A stretch of DNA of 63,046 nucleotides, the filler included, from Stramenopiles sp. TOSAG23-2 (Eukaryota), in NCBI GenBank assembly GCA_900128395.1. It is 8 parts of 8 records of this genome, joined end to end, with 100 filler letters (N's around TTAATTAATTAA, not from the genome) between each part and the next. Parts side by side here need not be neighbours in the genome. Positions count along the whole stretch, not along the records: positions 1 to 26,559 come from LT649433.1; 7 more parts are not named here. The stretch is one strand, 5' to 3'. A model generated the notes under the pieces. That model saw nothing but the letters and a program-made list of their open reading frames with translations. It made no database searches and was not told the DNA's origin. Shown one piece after another: positions 1 to 10,459 of the stretch (the first letter of the stretch is position 1; each line of letters begins with the position of its first letter). Both the position numbers and the translations under genes were made by a program.

Positions 1-369
1 TTCTTGCATGTCTCTCTCTCTCACTGTCCGGTGTTGGTTGCAAACATCTGTAATAATTATGAATAATCGGATATTATTATTACTATCCAATCTAAATAGT
101 CAGTTTGGTAACACGCTTCTTACAACACAACATATGGAAGAGCCAGAAAGCCTGCCCAGCTGGCCAGCCTGATATTATGATACCTGGTACTGTATCCTGG
201 ATATACTGTAGTATGATTCATTCATCAATATTCTAATTGCAACCAATTGTCATCAAATAATATACATATTAATATTTAAATTATTCTTTTTAGAAAGATA
301 TTCGATCATATATATTATACATATACATTATATACATGAATAGAGACGAACAGAGATAATAATAGCATC

Positions 370-2313
370 ATGGCAAATATCAACCCAGATGCACAAGCGT
401 GGACGCCAAATGTGCAAACAACTGCAACCACACCTGCTGTGCAACGTTTACAAGCTAGTAATGCAAATTCACCATATTGGAGTCCAGGTCAACAACAGCA
501 AGATATGCAACAAACAACGAGTGGTGACGGGAAAGCTAATTTTTCATCTTCGGCAGCAAATGGCGCGGTTACATTTGTTCCTGGGCGTGGAGTCTTGAAT
601 GCAGATGTTCAAGAATTTCAACCAGTGCAAACAACTTCGTATATGTCTTCTGGCAATGCTACTAATACAGCAGGAGGAATAATAAATTCAACAACATCTC
701 TTATGACAAATCAAGAAGCACCTATAAATTCTTCAGCAATGACTGGCAATAGTACCGGGGTTAGCGTAAACAGTAATATAACCATTGGTGGGACCATGAA
801 TGGTGCAAATAACACGACGCGAACAACAACCAGCAACAAATATGATAAAACAGCTGCAGAATTTCCTCAAGGTGGCTATGATCAGCTACTTGAAATGAGT
901 GATACACAAAATGGTGATCGTTTTTTAGCAGGTCCCGTTATTGAGGAAGCACCAAAGCGACGAAACATACGTTCTTTTTTTATGCCAAATAGAATGAGGG
1001 AAAGATTTTGGCACATGGACGCTGTATCACTAAGACAATTAAAACCGGACGATGAGGTAATAAAGGAAATACCGAAAGGATACCATTGCATCAATCCATT
1101 GGACATGGAAGGCAAGCCACGTGGTACAGCTGGTTCTTTTGGTTATCCATCATCTGTTTACAAAGTTGTATCGGAAAAGACAGGATTGATATATGCATTA
1201 AGACGATTTGATAATATCAAAACAAATCCTAAAGTTACACAACAAGTCTTGCAAATTTGGAATAAGACACGTGGTACGATGCACCCAAATATTGTATCTT
1301 TACGCTCCGCGTTTGTTCATCAACGTGCTTTGTTTTTTACCCACGATTACTTTGCTGGTGCAAAGACATTAAGAGACTGCTATTTGAATGGCCCTCATAT
1401 CCAACCATTGCCGGAGCCATTGCTATGGTCATTTATGTGCCAGCTTGTCACGGCATTGAGACATTTGCATTCAAGAAATTTAGCATGTCGTGTTTTAGAT
1501 CCTCGCCATATAATTGTTACAGGACCAAACCGCTTACGCATCAATTGCATCGGTATATTGGATGTATTGGAGGCAGATAGTAAAAAAACGATTGTCAAAT
1601 TGCAAGAGGAGGACATGTTTGCGATAGGACGTTTACTTCTATCTTTAGCTACTGCAAATACGATGGCTATACAAAATTTACAACGATCTATCGATTTTGT
1701 CATTTCTAAATATTCGGAGGAATTTAAAATTTTAATCTGTGGCTTATTGTTATCCAAAAAGAGACCTTCCGTATTTGAAGTTTGTACGCAATTTTCCGGT
1801 AGATTTCTTGGGGAATTAGACATGATGTACAAGCATAATGATGCAATGGAAAATGAAGTAAGGAAACAATTTGGCTGTGGTCGCTTGGCACGTCTATTGA
1901 TGAAACTTGGAATGATTAACGGTCGTCCAGAGCTTAGGATGGATAAGCAATGGAGTGAGACCGGAAATCGATATATTATTAAATTATTTCGCAATTACGT
2001 ATTTCATCAACGAGGAAAAGATGGAGAGCCTATGATAGATTTTGGCCATGTAATAGAGTGTTTAAATAAATTGGATGTTGGCATTGATGAAAAGATATTA
2101 TTAACAAGCCCTGATGGCAAATCGATTGTTGTCGCGTCATATCTTGAAATAAGACGATTGTTGGATGAAGCATTTATGGAATTGGTTTCAAATGCAAATG
2201 GACCTGGTGTGGAAGATGTCAACCAAATGTATCAGCAAGCACAAATTCAAATGCAACAAATGCAGCAACAGCAAATGATGATGGCACAACAAGGCATGTA
2301 TGGAGGAATGTAA
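370..2313 (+). CDS. PAN3: PAN2-PAN3 deadenylase subunit PAN3 (pseudokinase)
   Basis: Low-complexity N-terminus with PAM2-like motifs (NINPDAQAWTP, VLNADVQEFQP). Pseudokinase (FGYPSSVYK, HPNIVSLR, RLRINCIGILD) and PAN3 C-terminal knob (WSETGNRYIIKLFRNYVFHQ, LNKLDVG). Confidence 0.95.
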   Translation: MANINPDAQAWTPNVQTTATTPAVQRLQASNANSPYWSPGQQQQDMQQTTSGDGKANFSSSAANGAVTFVPGRGVLNADVQEFQPVQTTSYMSSGNATNTAGGIINSTTSLMTNQEAPINSSAMTGNSTGVSVNSNITIGGTMNGANNTTRTTTSNKYDKTAAEFPQGGYDQLLEMSDTQNGDRFLAGPVIEEAPKRRNIRSFFMPNRMRERFWHMDAVSLRQLKPDDEVIKEIPKGYHCINPLDMEGKPRGTAGSFGYPSSVYKVVSEKTGLIYALRRFDNIKTNPKVTQQVLQIWNKTRGTMHPNIVSLRSAFVHQRALFFTHDYFAGAKTLRDCYLNGPHIQPLPEPLLWSFMCQLVTALRHLHSRNLACRVLDPRHIIVTGPNRLRINCIGILDVLEADSKKTIVKLQEEDMFAIGRLLLSLATANTMAIQNLQRSIDFVISKYSEEFKILICGLLLSKKRPSVFEVCTQFSGRFLGELDMMYKHNDAMENEVRKQFGCGRLARLLMKLGMINGRPELRMDKQWSETGNRYIIKLFRNYVFHQRGKDGEPMIDFGHVIECLNKLDVGIDEKILLTSPDGKSIVVASYLEIRRLLDEAFMELVSNANGPGVEDVNQMYQQAQIQMQQMQQQQMMMAQQGMYGGM

Positions 2314-2761
2314 ACACATATCATATGGTTGATACACATGTGTGTTGTGTTGTGTGTATATTGTGTGTGTGTGTATGATATACGAACGTATCATTTTATG
2401 ATGACACAACAACTAAAGTTTATAAATATATATCATATCATGTGACATATCATATGATATGATAGCACCATAGATACATATGCATATTTTATACCGGTTC
2501 GTATAATTACGAGTAATATTTTTTATATTTATAATATTATACGAAGAGTATTATATAATACGAAGTTCGTATATATTATACGAAGCGTATAAATATATAT
2601 ATAATACCAATGTTTTTACATCTTAAAAATATTGGCACACTCTGTGGATTTCAATGAACTCTATCGCAATGTTAATATTCATTGTCCATCTTTCAGTTTA
2701 GTGAGATAGANNNNNNNNNNNNNNNNNNNNNNNNNNNNNNNNNNNNNNNATTTGTCTCAGT

Positions 2762-2828
2762 TATTGTATTCTTTCTGGAGAGTAGGAATTGTCATGAGTA
2801 AATTAAAAAATAAGTTATGCATTAATTA
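2762..2828 (+). repeat. Short dispersed repeat (~65 bp); other copies at 30463-30535 (+) and 44085-44130 (-, partial)
   Basis: Shared TATTGTATTCTTTCTGGAGAGTAGGAATT(G/A)TCATGAGTAAATTAAAAAATAA..TTATGCATT. Confidence 0.85.
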
Positions 2829-2876
2829 TACTATATATAATACGGAGTATAAAAATCCATATATCAATTTTTATTT

Positions 2877-3338
2877 TCAAGCATCTGGTTGTTTTTCACT
2901 ACCAGCTATGGATTTTGCAACTTCAGAACGTGCCCATTTGGTTGCATCTTGACTTTTTTGTCCAACCCAATCTTTAGCTTTATCAGCAGTTTCGCTTAAA
3001 CGTCGCGTACCCTTCTTTATTGCGTCATCAATATCATTTTGATGGGCTTTTAAATATGGTGCAACAAAATTTGCATAACATGCTAAGGCACCTCGATATT
3101 GTGGATGCATTAAATATACAAGAAAGACTAATTTTACAAGATAATAAAATGGTATGGTACCAGTCAATATATATTCACCAAAATATTCGAAAACTTGAAG
3201 GAACGAGTGTACGCACCAGTATGTAAGCCATTGTTTATCATCGTCTATACCTGGTGACTCTAACGCTTTGAAGGATTGGTATGCCGGGTATAACATACCA
3301 ATAAGAACACCAAGAGGTTTTGTGAATAAATTTCCCAT
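2877..3338 (-). CDS. REEP/YOP1/HVA22 (TB2/DP1) ER-shaping protein
   Basis: GMLYPAYQSFKALES..DDDKQWLTYW and IPFYYLVKLVFLVYL signature motifs. Confidence 0.93.
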   Translation of the reverse strand: MGNLFTKPLGVLIGMLYPAYQSFKALESPGIDDDKQWLTYWCVHSFLQVFEYFGEYILTGTIPFYYLVKLVFLVYLMHPQYRGALACYANFVAPYLKAHQNDIDDAIKKGTRRLSETADKAKDWVGQKSQDATKWARSEVAKSIAGSEKQPDA

Positions 3339-3817
3339 AATATACTCTTTAATGCCTGTGTTTACTTGTGTTGCGTGTCTATCTACAACAATACTAGAAT
3401 TGGTTTATAACTTGTTGCATATGTATACTATTATATTACTCTTTTATGCATCTGTATTACTTGCAGAATGCACTTCAAATTACTTTATATATATTTATTA
3501 CATAATAATTTTTTCGAAACCAGATTTACAACGTTGTTTTTTTCCGCAAAAGTTCCCATCATTATTTTTTTATATATAGCGATGATCAATAATAAGTATA
3601 AATTTCTATTAGTCTCTCTTTAACAGGTAATTAAGAGGGTGGTGGAGGATAGAAAAAACAAAAACATCATCAAAACGACTAAAGGGGCTGTAATAATTTT
3701 TTTTGTGGATTTTGAGTTGTTACCTGTTGTTACCTGGTAATACTACTTGTATATATTTCGAATAGGCCGTAGTGTTGTGTGTTGTGATGAAGATTATTAT
3801 TATATTATAATTACGTA

Positions 3818-3833
3818 TACCAGGTACCTGGTA
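3818..3833. promoter_or_regulatory. Palindromic TACCWGGTA intergenic motif (doubled here as TACCAGGTACCTGGTA)
   Basis: Exact copies also at 181, 3731, 13086, 20355, 48752 and 49230, all intergenic. Confidence 0.5.
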
Positions 3834-4010
3834 ATGTGCTAAATGCACTAATTATTATAATTTATTAGAATTCCTGGAATTATTGAATACAACTTAAACT
3901 TCTTTACCATGAATAATTAGAAAGCTGGAAAGGTGCAAAGTGTAGATATCCTGTGTGTGGACGTCTGAATAGTATATAATATTAAAACACAGCGTAAATA
4001 TAAAACTCAT

Positions 4011-4013
<3 letters not shown>

Positions 4014-4055
<42 letters not shown>

Positions 4056-4075
4056 ACATAATATATATATATATA
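4014..4075. repeat. Compound microsatellite (CT)n(GT)n(TA)n
   Basis: Directly visible dinucleotide runs upstream of the SET gene. Confidence 0.9.
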
Positions 4076-4154
4076 ATTGTGGAGCGAAAGACAATTATAT
4101 CTGATACTATATATTACGCATAAATATAATAAACACTCTGTATGTACATATGAA

Positions 4155-7100
4155 ATGATGGATTCTTATATCACCACCACCACCACCACCACCACCACCA
4201 CAAATTCTGATTCAACATCATCATCACATGGAAAGTTTATTTCACAAGGAAAATCATCAACAACAAATATGTTCAGAAAAAATTTAATGTTTAAATTTGT
4301 ATATAATAATATATATGGTAAATGCGATAATAAACTATTCGCAAACAAAAAGAAGGATAGGCTAAGGGGGCTACATATGTTTTGTTCTGAAAGAGAAAGT
4401 GGTGTACATAGCAAGTGGAAAGAAAATGCCTATGTTCAAGTCGTTGGAAATTATTTTGATAAAAATGCTGAGAGAATTCCCAATAGTAAACCAAACTTAC
4501 CTATCCCAGGTATATCAAAATTAAATGATTATTTATGGATTTGTAATAAAACGTGTTTCATAAAACCACCTGATCCAATTCAAGTCGATACAACTGATAG
4601 CACCTGGGTATATAGTTCATGGGTATGTTTAGAAAAACATCGGTTTGGAAAAAGGGAAAAGGCAGTATTTATATCAAATAGTGGCGTCAATATACATGCA
4701 TATATTGATTTTTGTGGTGAGGAAGGCCAGGCTCAATTTTGTGTCATGCAGTTAAACAATAGTATTGTAGCATATATGGAAGATGAAAGTTCATGTTTTG
4801 ATATATGGAAAGGCAGCGCAAGTGATTACAAGAATAGCAATACAAACAGCAACGATAATGATAAATACAGATGGTGTCATATTGGTGTTTTTAGCGCGAG
4901 TAATGATGGAACATATTTTTTTGTTAATGGAAAATTTGCAGGAAAAGCAGGATTGGAGTTGAATCATGCAATATATACGATTGGCAATGCTGCAAACTCT
5001 GATGTCTCTGCGGTTGGGAGAATAAATGATATTCGTATTTACATGTTTAAAACTATTAGTAATAACAAAAATTGGAAGGAAGAGTACGCTCGCCGTTTGT
5101 ACGATGATTACTTGTCTCAGGATAATGATCACATATCTGATGAAATTGTTGACAACAAGAAATCTGAAATGCATATTGAACCTCCATTTAATCATGATGA
5201 TGTTAGCAACAGCAATATGGAAGAAGAAGTTGTTGGAGATAAAGGTAATAATAAAAATAAGAAGCGGAAACATGATGATAATGATAACAATGACGATAAT
5301 TCAAATATTAATGATGTTAAAATAAGAAGGGTTGAACCAGCAACCTCTGAGGTTGAAGCGACAGGTAGTCATTCCAATGCAAATAACCATTTGCCTGGTG
5401 GTGAAAGTATTAATATTAATATTGTTAATAATTCAGAAAAGGATGATAATGGCAACTCGGCGCAAGAAGCTCGCAAACGTTGGATGGTGGAAAATCAACA
5501 ACCATCCGAGTTTGAAGCGACGGAAACCTCTAAGCAAAATGAAGGTATCAGCGATTCTAATAATTCTAATGATGATGATGATGATGACAATATGTCCGAT
5601 ATTGAATCTAGCAATAGTGATAGTGACAATTCAGATAACGAGGAAGATTTTAATGCAATGGAGGCTAGTAAAAAACAAAATATGTGGATTAAAGCGCAGG
5701 CTGATTCGAAATCAACAAGTGGAGAATCTAGTAGTATAAATACTACAAAAAAAACTGTAGTGAATGAGAATGAAGATGGTGATGGTAATAGCGAAAGATC
5801 TAGTACCATATCGCTACTTGACACAAGTGATAGTAGCAATAATACAATTGATTTTGAAGCCAGGGGAAATTTTGATGATGTCGTTCAAAGAGTAGATAAA
5901 ATGCAAGAAGAGCGACAGCAACAACAACAGCAGCAGCAGCAAAATACGATATCTGCGGAAAAAATTATACATGATAGTAGTGATGAAAACAATACCAGTA
6001 GTGATGAGGATGTGGATGAGGTGGAAGAAGAGGGTGATGAGGAAACTGGATTGAAGTATTTATATAGTGTCACAAATTTTGTAGAAACTTATAACAATAT
6101 TGTAGCTTCATTGAAACAAGTTATTGCAAAACATAGTAGTGAAAATAAAACTCCAAATAATGCACACGATGTAAAACCATGGAAACCATTCTTTGAAGAA
6201 TTGATAGCTAATGTTGGAAAAGGCTCGTTTATCAAAACAATAAAAGATATCTCAATGATTAATTATTATTCAAGTGCGGTTATTTATGGTCTTGTGCCAG
6301 AGACTTGGAGCATAGAAACGATGCTGAATGAAATAAACAGGAACATACTTGATCAGACATTTGCTGATCTTGAAAAATCAGGAAAGCTGCGTTTTATTTT
6401 ACAATTTGTAAAATGTTGCTTTGAATGGTTTATGAATGAATTTCAACATCTCGAGACATTGACAAAATCGTCGAACAAACTTGTTTTGGATAAATGGATT
6501 GAATACTGCAAAGAGAATCCACATTACAAGTGGTTCTATGACATTGTTAAAATTGAAAATGTAATTAAAAATGAAAATGGCACCCCGTTATTGTTTCAAG
6601 GCTTGAAAATGTGGGTTAAAGGTCCAAATGGAGAATGGGAAACGGATGTATGTTGCATCTGCATGGGAAACGACCAAGGTGCCATGACTACATGTGACAG
6701 CTGCTTCGATTCATATCATATTAAGTGCCTTGAACATGAAAATGTAGCAGCTGTCTTCTCAATACCTGGCGTAGAGGGTGTTGATTATGATGTTGCAACT
6801 CGAGATGATGAAAGTCAAGAAGTTGAAGTAATTTCTTCAGGCAGACATTCTGCAACTTCACCCGCGCTTAATAATGAAGATGATGATATGGGATGTACAG
6901 CTTCATCAAAGTGTAAAATGTGCAAATTTAATGAAAGTTTGCATTATGATGTGTTAACAAATAACTTAAAACAAATTCGCTACAAAATTGGAAGTGGAAT
7001 TGTATCACCATTCTGGCAGAATGTTACAAAAAGATATCATAAAAATAGCACCGACAGACCAAAACGTTTGTACAATGCTGTTCATTTAGCAGCGCAAGAA

Positions 7101-8429
7101 AATGGTTTGCATGCTTTGCAATTGATGTTATCGCCATTTCGATTGCTGGTTGAAAACAAAGGGACAGAACAATATATAAATAGGAATGATATTGTAACTA
7201 ATAATGCTGCTAGTAGTGGAGTTCCTAGTCGTAACAACAATAACAGTTGGCTGGATGTTTGCGATAATAATGTGTCTGTTCTTATGCCATTTTTAAAGAT
7301 GTATCATGAAGAAACGCATGAAGATGCTTTCAACATTAGCATTGACAACAGAAGTTTCAATGTAGCATGTCAGCTTCATTTATGGGGAGTAGGAAATACA
7401 GAAACTCTATTTGCACTTCAAAAGACTATGGCAAAAAAATCAAATTGTAATGACTTATCGTTGGGTATCGAACCAAATGTACCTGTATATGTTGAAAAAG
7501 TATATAGAGGCAATCATGACAATAATAATAGTACTACTACTACTACTACCACTACTACTAATAATAATAATAATAACAACAATACTGGTAGCAGCAGTTC
7601 CAGTAGCAATAGCAAAAATAATAATGATGCTAAAAACAATAGCCCCTCAATTGCTCTAAACTTTCAACAAAAAAATAACTTTTTGTACATAACAGAATCA
7701 TTGGAGCATCCAAATGTAATACCAGATTGGTTTTCAAAAGAAATGAAAGGCTGTACAAGCGAGGAAACATATTGTTGTTCTGCCAAATATCAACGGGAAA
7801 CTGTTGAAATTAGACAGAAATGTATGCAATGCCATGCAAGTTCACATCAAATTAAACTCAATTGCCATGAACTTTGTCGTTGTTATAAACCTGTAAAAAT
7901 TATTGAAAAACCTTTACTAGCACGACAGCAATCGTTTAAAAGCGAATGTTGTAGAAGATCAATGGCACGATATGGCACAAATGTCTTTTTGGAAGTGTTC
8001 CATACAAACACACCTCAAGGATACGCAGTTCGTACTCGTCAATTTATACCAAAAGGCCAATTTGTATGCTCATATATTGGCGAAATCATTAATGATATAG
8101 AAGAAGGGAAAAGAGAAAATCGTCACTACATTTTACAATTAGATGATGGGAGCAAACAGCGTACTGCCTCTTTGGTTGATGGCAGACGATACCGAAGTGT
8201 TTCATCCTTTATAAATCATCAATGTAAAAAAGGTGGAAATTTAGATCGTATACCTTTTCATGAATATCATTCAGACAAAGAATATCCACATGTTGGTTTT
8301 TTCGCCAATTGTGACATTGATGTTGGCCAAGAATTGACTTTTAATTACAAAAAAGGTACAAAAGGCAAACCATTTGAACGTTGCTATTGCGATACATGTG
8401 CACATAAATATGTGAATAAAACAACGTAA
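4155..8429 (+). CDS. SET-domain lysine methyltransferase (SUV39/G9a-like) with LamG-like, PHD-like and ankyrin-like regions
   Basis: First in-frame ATG is at 4155. SET motifs GYAVRT, YIGEII, SFINHQC, ELTFNY; post-SET CYCDTC; Cys-rich pre-SET; PHD-like CCIC..CDSC..YHIKC; ANK-like NAVHLAAQENG; LamG-like WCHIGVF..FFVNGK..GRINDIRIY. Confidence 0.8.
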   Translation: MMDSYITTTTTTTTTTNSDSTSSSHGKFISQGKSSTTNMFRKNLMFKFVYNNIYGKCDNKLFANKKKDRLRGLHMFCSERESGVHSKWKENAYVQVVGNYFDKNAERIPNSKPNLPIPGISKLNDYLWICNKTCFIKPPDPIQVDTTDSTWVYSSWVCLEKHRFGKREKAVFISNSGVNIHAYIDFCGEEGQAQFCVMQLNNSIVAYMEDESSCFDIWKGSASDYKNSNTNSNDNDKYRWCHIGVFSASNDGTYFFVNGKFAGKAGLELNHAIYTIGNAANSDVSAVGRINDIRIYMFKTISNNKNWKEEYARRLYDDYLSQDNDHISDEIVDNKKSEMHIEPPFNHDDVSNSNMEEEVVGDKGNNKNKKRKHDDNDNNDDNSNINDVKIRRVEPATSEVEATGSHSNANNHLPGGESININIVNNSEKDDNGNSAQEARKRWMVENQQPSEFEATETSKQNEGISDSNNSNDDDDDDNMSDIESSNSDSDNSDNEEDFNAMEASKKQNMWIKAQADSKSTSGESSSINTTKKTVVNENEDGDGNSERSSTISLLDTSDSSNNTIDFEARGNFDDVVQRVDKMQEERQQQQQQQQQNTISAEKIIHDSSDENNTSSDEDVDEVEEEGDEETGLKYLYSVTNFVETYNNIVASLKQVIAKHSSENKTPNNAHDVKPWKPFFEELIANVGKGSFIKTIKDISMINYYSSAVIYGLVPETWSIETMLNEINRNILDQTFADLEKSGKLRFILQFVKCCFEWFMNEFQHLETLTKSSNKLVLDKWIEYCKENPHYKWFYDIVKIENVIKNENGTPLLFQGLKMWVKGPNGEWETDVCCICMGNDQGAMTTCDSCFDSYHIKCLEHENVAAVFSIPGVEGVDYDVATRDDESQEVEVISSGRHSATSPALNNEDDDMGCTASSKCKMCKFNESLHYDVLTNNLKQIRYKIGSGIVSPFWQNVTKRYHKNSTDRPKRLYNAVHLAAQENGLHALQLMLSPFRLLVENKGTEQYINRNDIVTNNAASSGVPSRNNNNSWLDVCDNNVSVLMPFLKMYHEETHEDAFNISIDNRSFNVACQLHLWGVGNTETLFALQKTMAKKSNCNDLSLGIEPNVPVYVEKVYRGNHDNNNSTTTTTTTTTNNNNNNNNTGSSSSSSNSKNNNDAKNNSPSIALNFQQKNNFLYITESLEHPNVIPDWFSKEMKGCTSEETYCCSAKYQRETVEIRQKCMQCHASSHQIKLNCHELCRCYKPVKIIEKPLLARQQSFKSECCRRSMARYGTNVFLEVFHTNTPQGYAVRTRQFIPKGQFVCSYIGEIINDIEEGKRENRHYILQLDDGSKQRTASLVDGRRYRSVSSFINHQCKKGGNLDRIPFHEYHSDKEYPHVGFFANCDIDVGQELTFNYKKGTKGKPFERCYCDTCAHKYVNKTT

Positions 8430-8734
8430 TAATAATAATATAATAATAATAAATAATTAAATAATATATTATTATATTTATTATTATTAATACTTGATGA
8501 TGAATGGCCTTAACATAGCCAGATAGCACCTAAATAGCACTAATATTTTTTTATTATTTTTTTTTTTATTATTATTATTATTTTTATATATATTTATTAT
8601 TATTATTTATTAAAATATAAAAATTCAAAAAACAAACTATATAAATCTCTACAAATCTATTATATTTTATAGATACTTGAAAAGGTAATATTATATGAAA
8701 TGTAAAACATATTTCATGTAATAATTGTTATAGT

Positions 8735-9870
8735 ATGTCTAATGATACTACATCATTTATAAAAAAGTACCGCCAACGATTCATTAATCAATGGTTTGCA
8801 TGTGGTCCAGGAAGCTGGGATACTTTATTGGTCTCAAGAAATGAGATTGAACGTTGTAAAAAAGTTTTAAAAAATAATAGTCAAAATGTACATAATAATA
8901 ATCAATCTGACTTAAATTGGGCAAAGCATGTCAAAGAATGTGCGTTACACCCAGACACAAATGAACCGATACCATTTCCTTTTAGAATGTCAGCGCATGT
9001 TCCTATGAATACGATCTTACTCGTTGGTATGTTAGGTGCTACAACAAGGAATCAACATTTTTTTTGGCAAACTTTAAATCAAACGTTTAATGCATTTCAA
9101 TTTTATGCTAATCGAAATAAAAGCAATCATGTCAGCACAAAAACATTAGGTATTGCGACGGTTGCTGCTGTTTGTGGTGCCACAGGTTCTGTTTTTATAA
9201 TGGATAATTGGATGAAAAAATTGAAATCACGAAATAGATCTACATTAGCCTTAAGTATTTTAATGCCACTATTATGTGCTGGTTGTGCCAAGCCATTTCA
9301 AATTTCCATCATGCGTAAGTATCCATCTTATAAAAATAAAAGAACTCGTTTCTAACAAATTGCATTATTGCAACTGTATAATACATAGGGCAAGATGAAT
9401 TATTTCAAGGCATTAAAGTTTATGATACAAAAAATGAAGTTTGTTTTGGTCGAAGCGTTGTTGCAGGTCAAACAGCGGTTGGGTTGACAATATTAACTAG
9501 AATATTATACTTGATTCAACCAATGGTATTTCCTCCAATTTTACAACATTATTTAAAGAAGAGGAATATATTTAATAATGAAAAAGAAAAGAAGAATAAA
9601 TCATTAACAATGAAAAAAGGAATGAATGTTCGAAGTACAGTAGCGCTTAACATTATCAATGTCCTATTTGTTGGTTTATGTAGTGCAGTAGCAACGCCTA
9701 TGTGCATTGCATTGTTTGATCAACAAAGTTCAATACCATTGCAATATTTAGAAAGAGATGTCCAACAAGCTGGCAAGAATTTTTATTGTGATGATAAGTT
9801 GCATAATGATGATATTCAAAAGAATGATAAAAAGAAGGAATTCTTTGCCTATTTCAATAAAGGCTTGTAA
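8735..9870 (+). CDS. Sideroflexin family mitochondrial carrier; 2 exons (8735-9314, 9389-9870)
   Basis: HPDTNEPIPFPFRMSAHVP, FWQTLNQTFNA..YANRN and terminal FNKGL. GTAAGT...CATAG intron 9315-9388 restores the conserved MRQDELFQGIKVYD. Confidence 0.92.
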
Positions 9871-10459
9871 CTGCTATATACGACGTATGCTATATATATA
9901 TATATATACGTAGTGCTATATATATATATATATACGTAGTGCTATATATAGGTGGTGTGACTTTTTCTGACAAAAAGAAAGAAATGGAAATCAATATATT
10001 TATTATTCTGAATTATACCCAACCTTTTTGCCGCGGGCTTGGTGCCTGTAAATAATATAAACGCCGATTAATTTAAGTACCAATACAGTATACTAATTTA
10101 TGTAAATGTGATATTATAGTAAAATATTGGATATGTGATATGTACAAAACAAATCGGATATTCTCATATATTCATCAAAATTACTATTGGTTATATTTGG
10201 ATTTTTTGTAATAGTGCTATATATTATTAGGCACTTAGTACACAAGATATTTTATTAATAATAATTTATTGATGAATTTATTGTCATAATAATTGATTAG
10301 TTTCATTATTAGTTTCATTATAGTGTATTCCATTTATGGTACATATATATAATTTACGAAAACCACTTCTCCTTGGTATATTATTGTAGTACGTATATAT
10401 ATATATACACCAATACAACATTAAGAACAACAATTGAATTGTAATAATATCAGTATATC

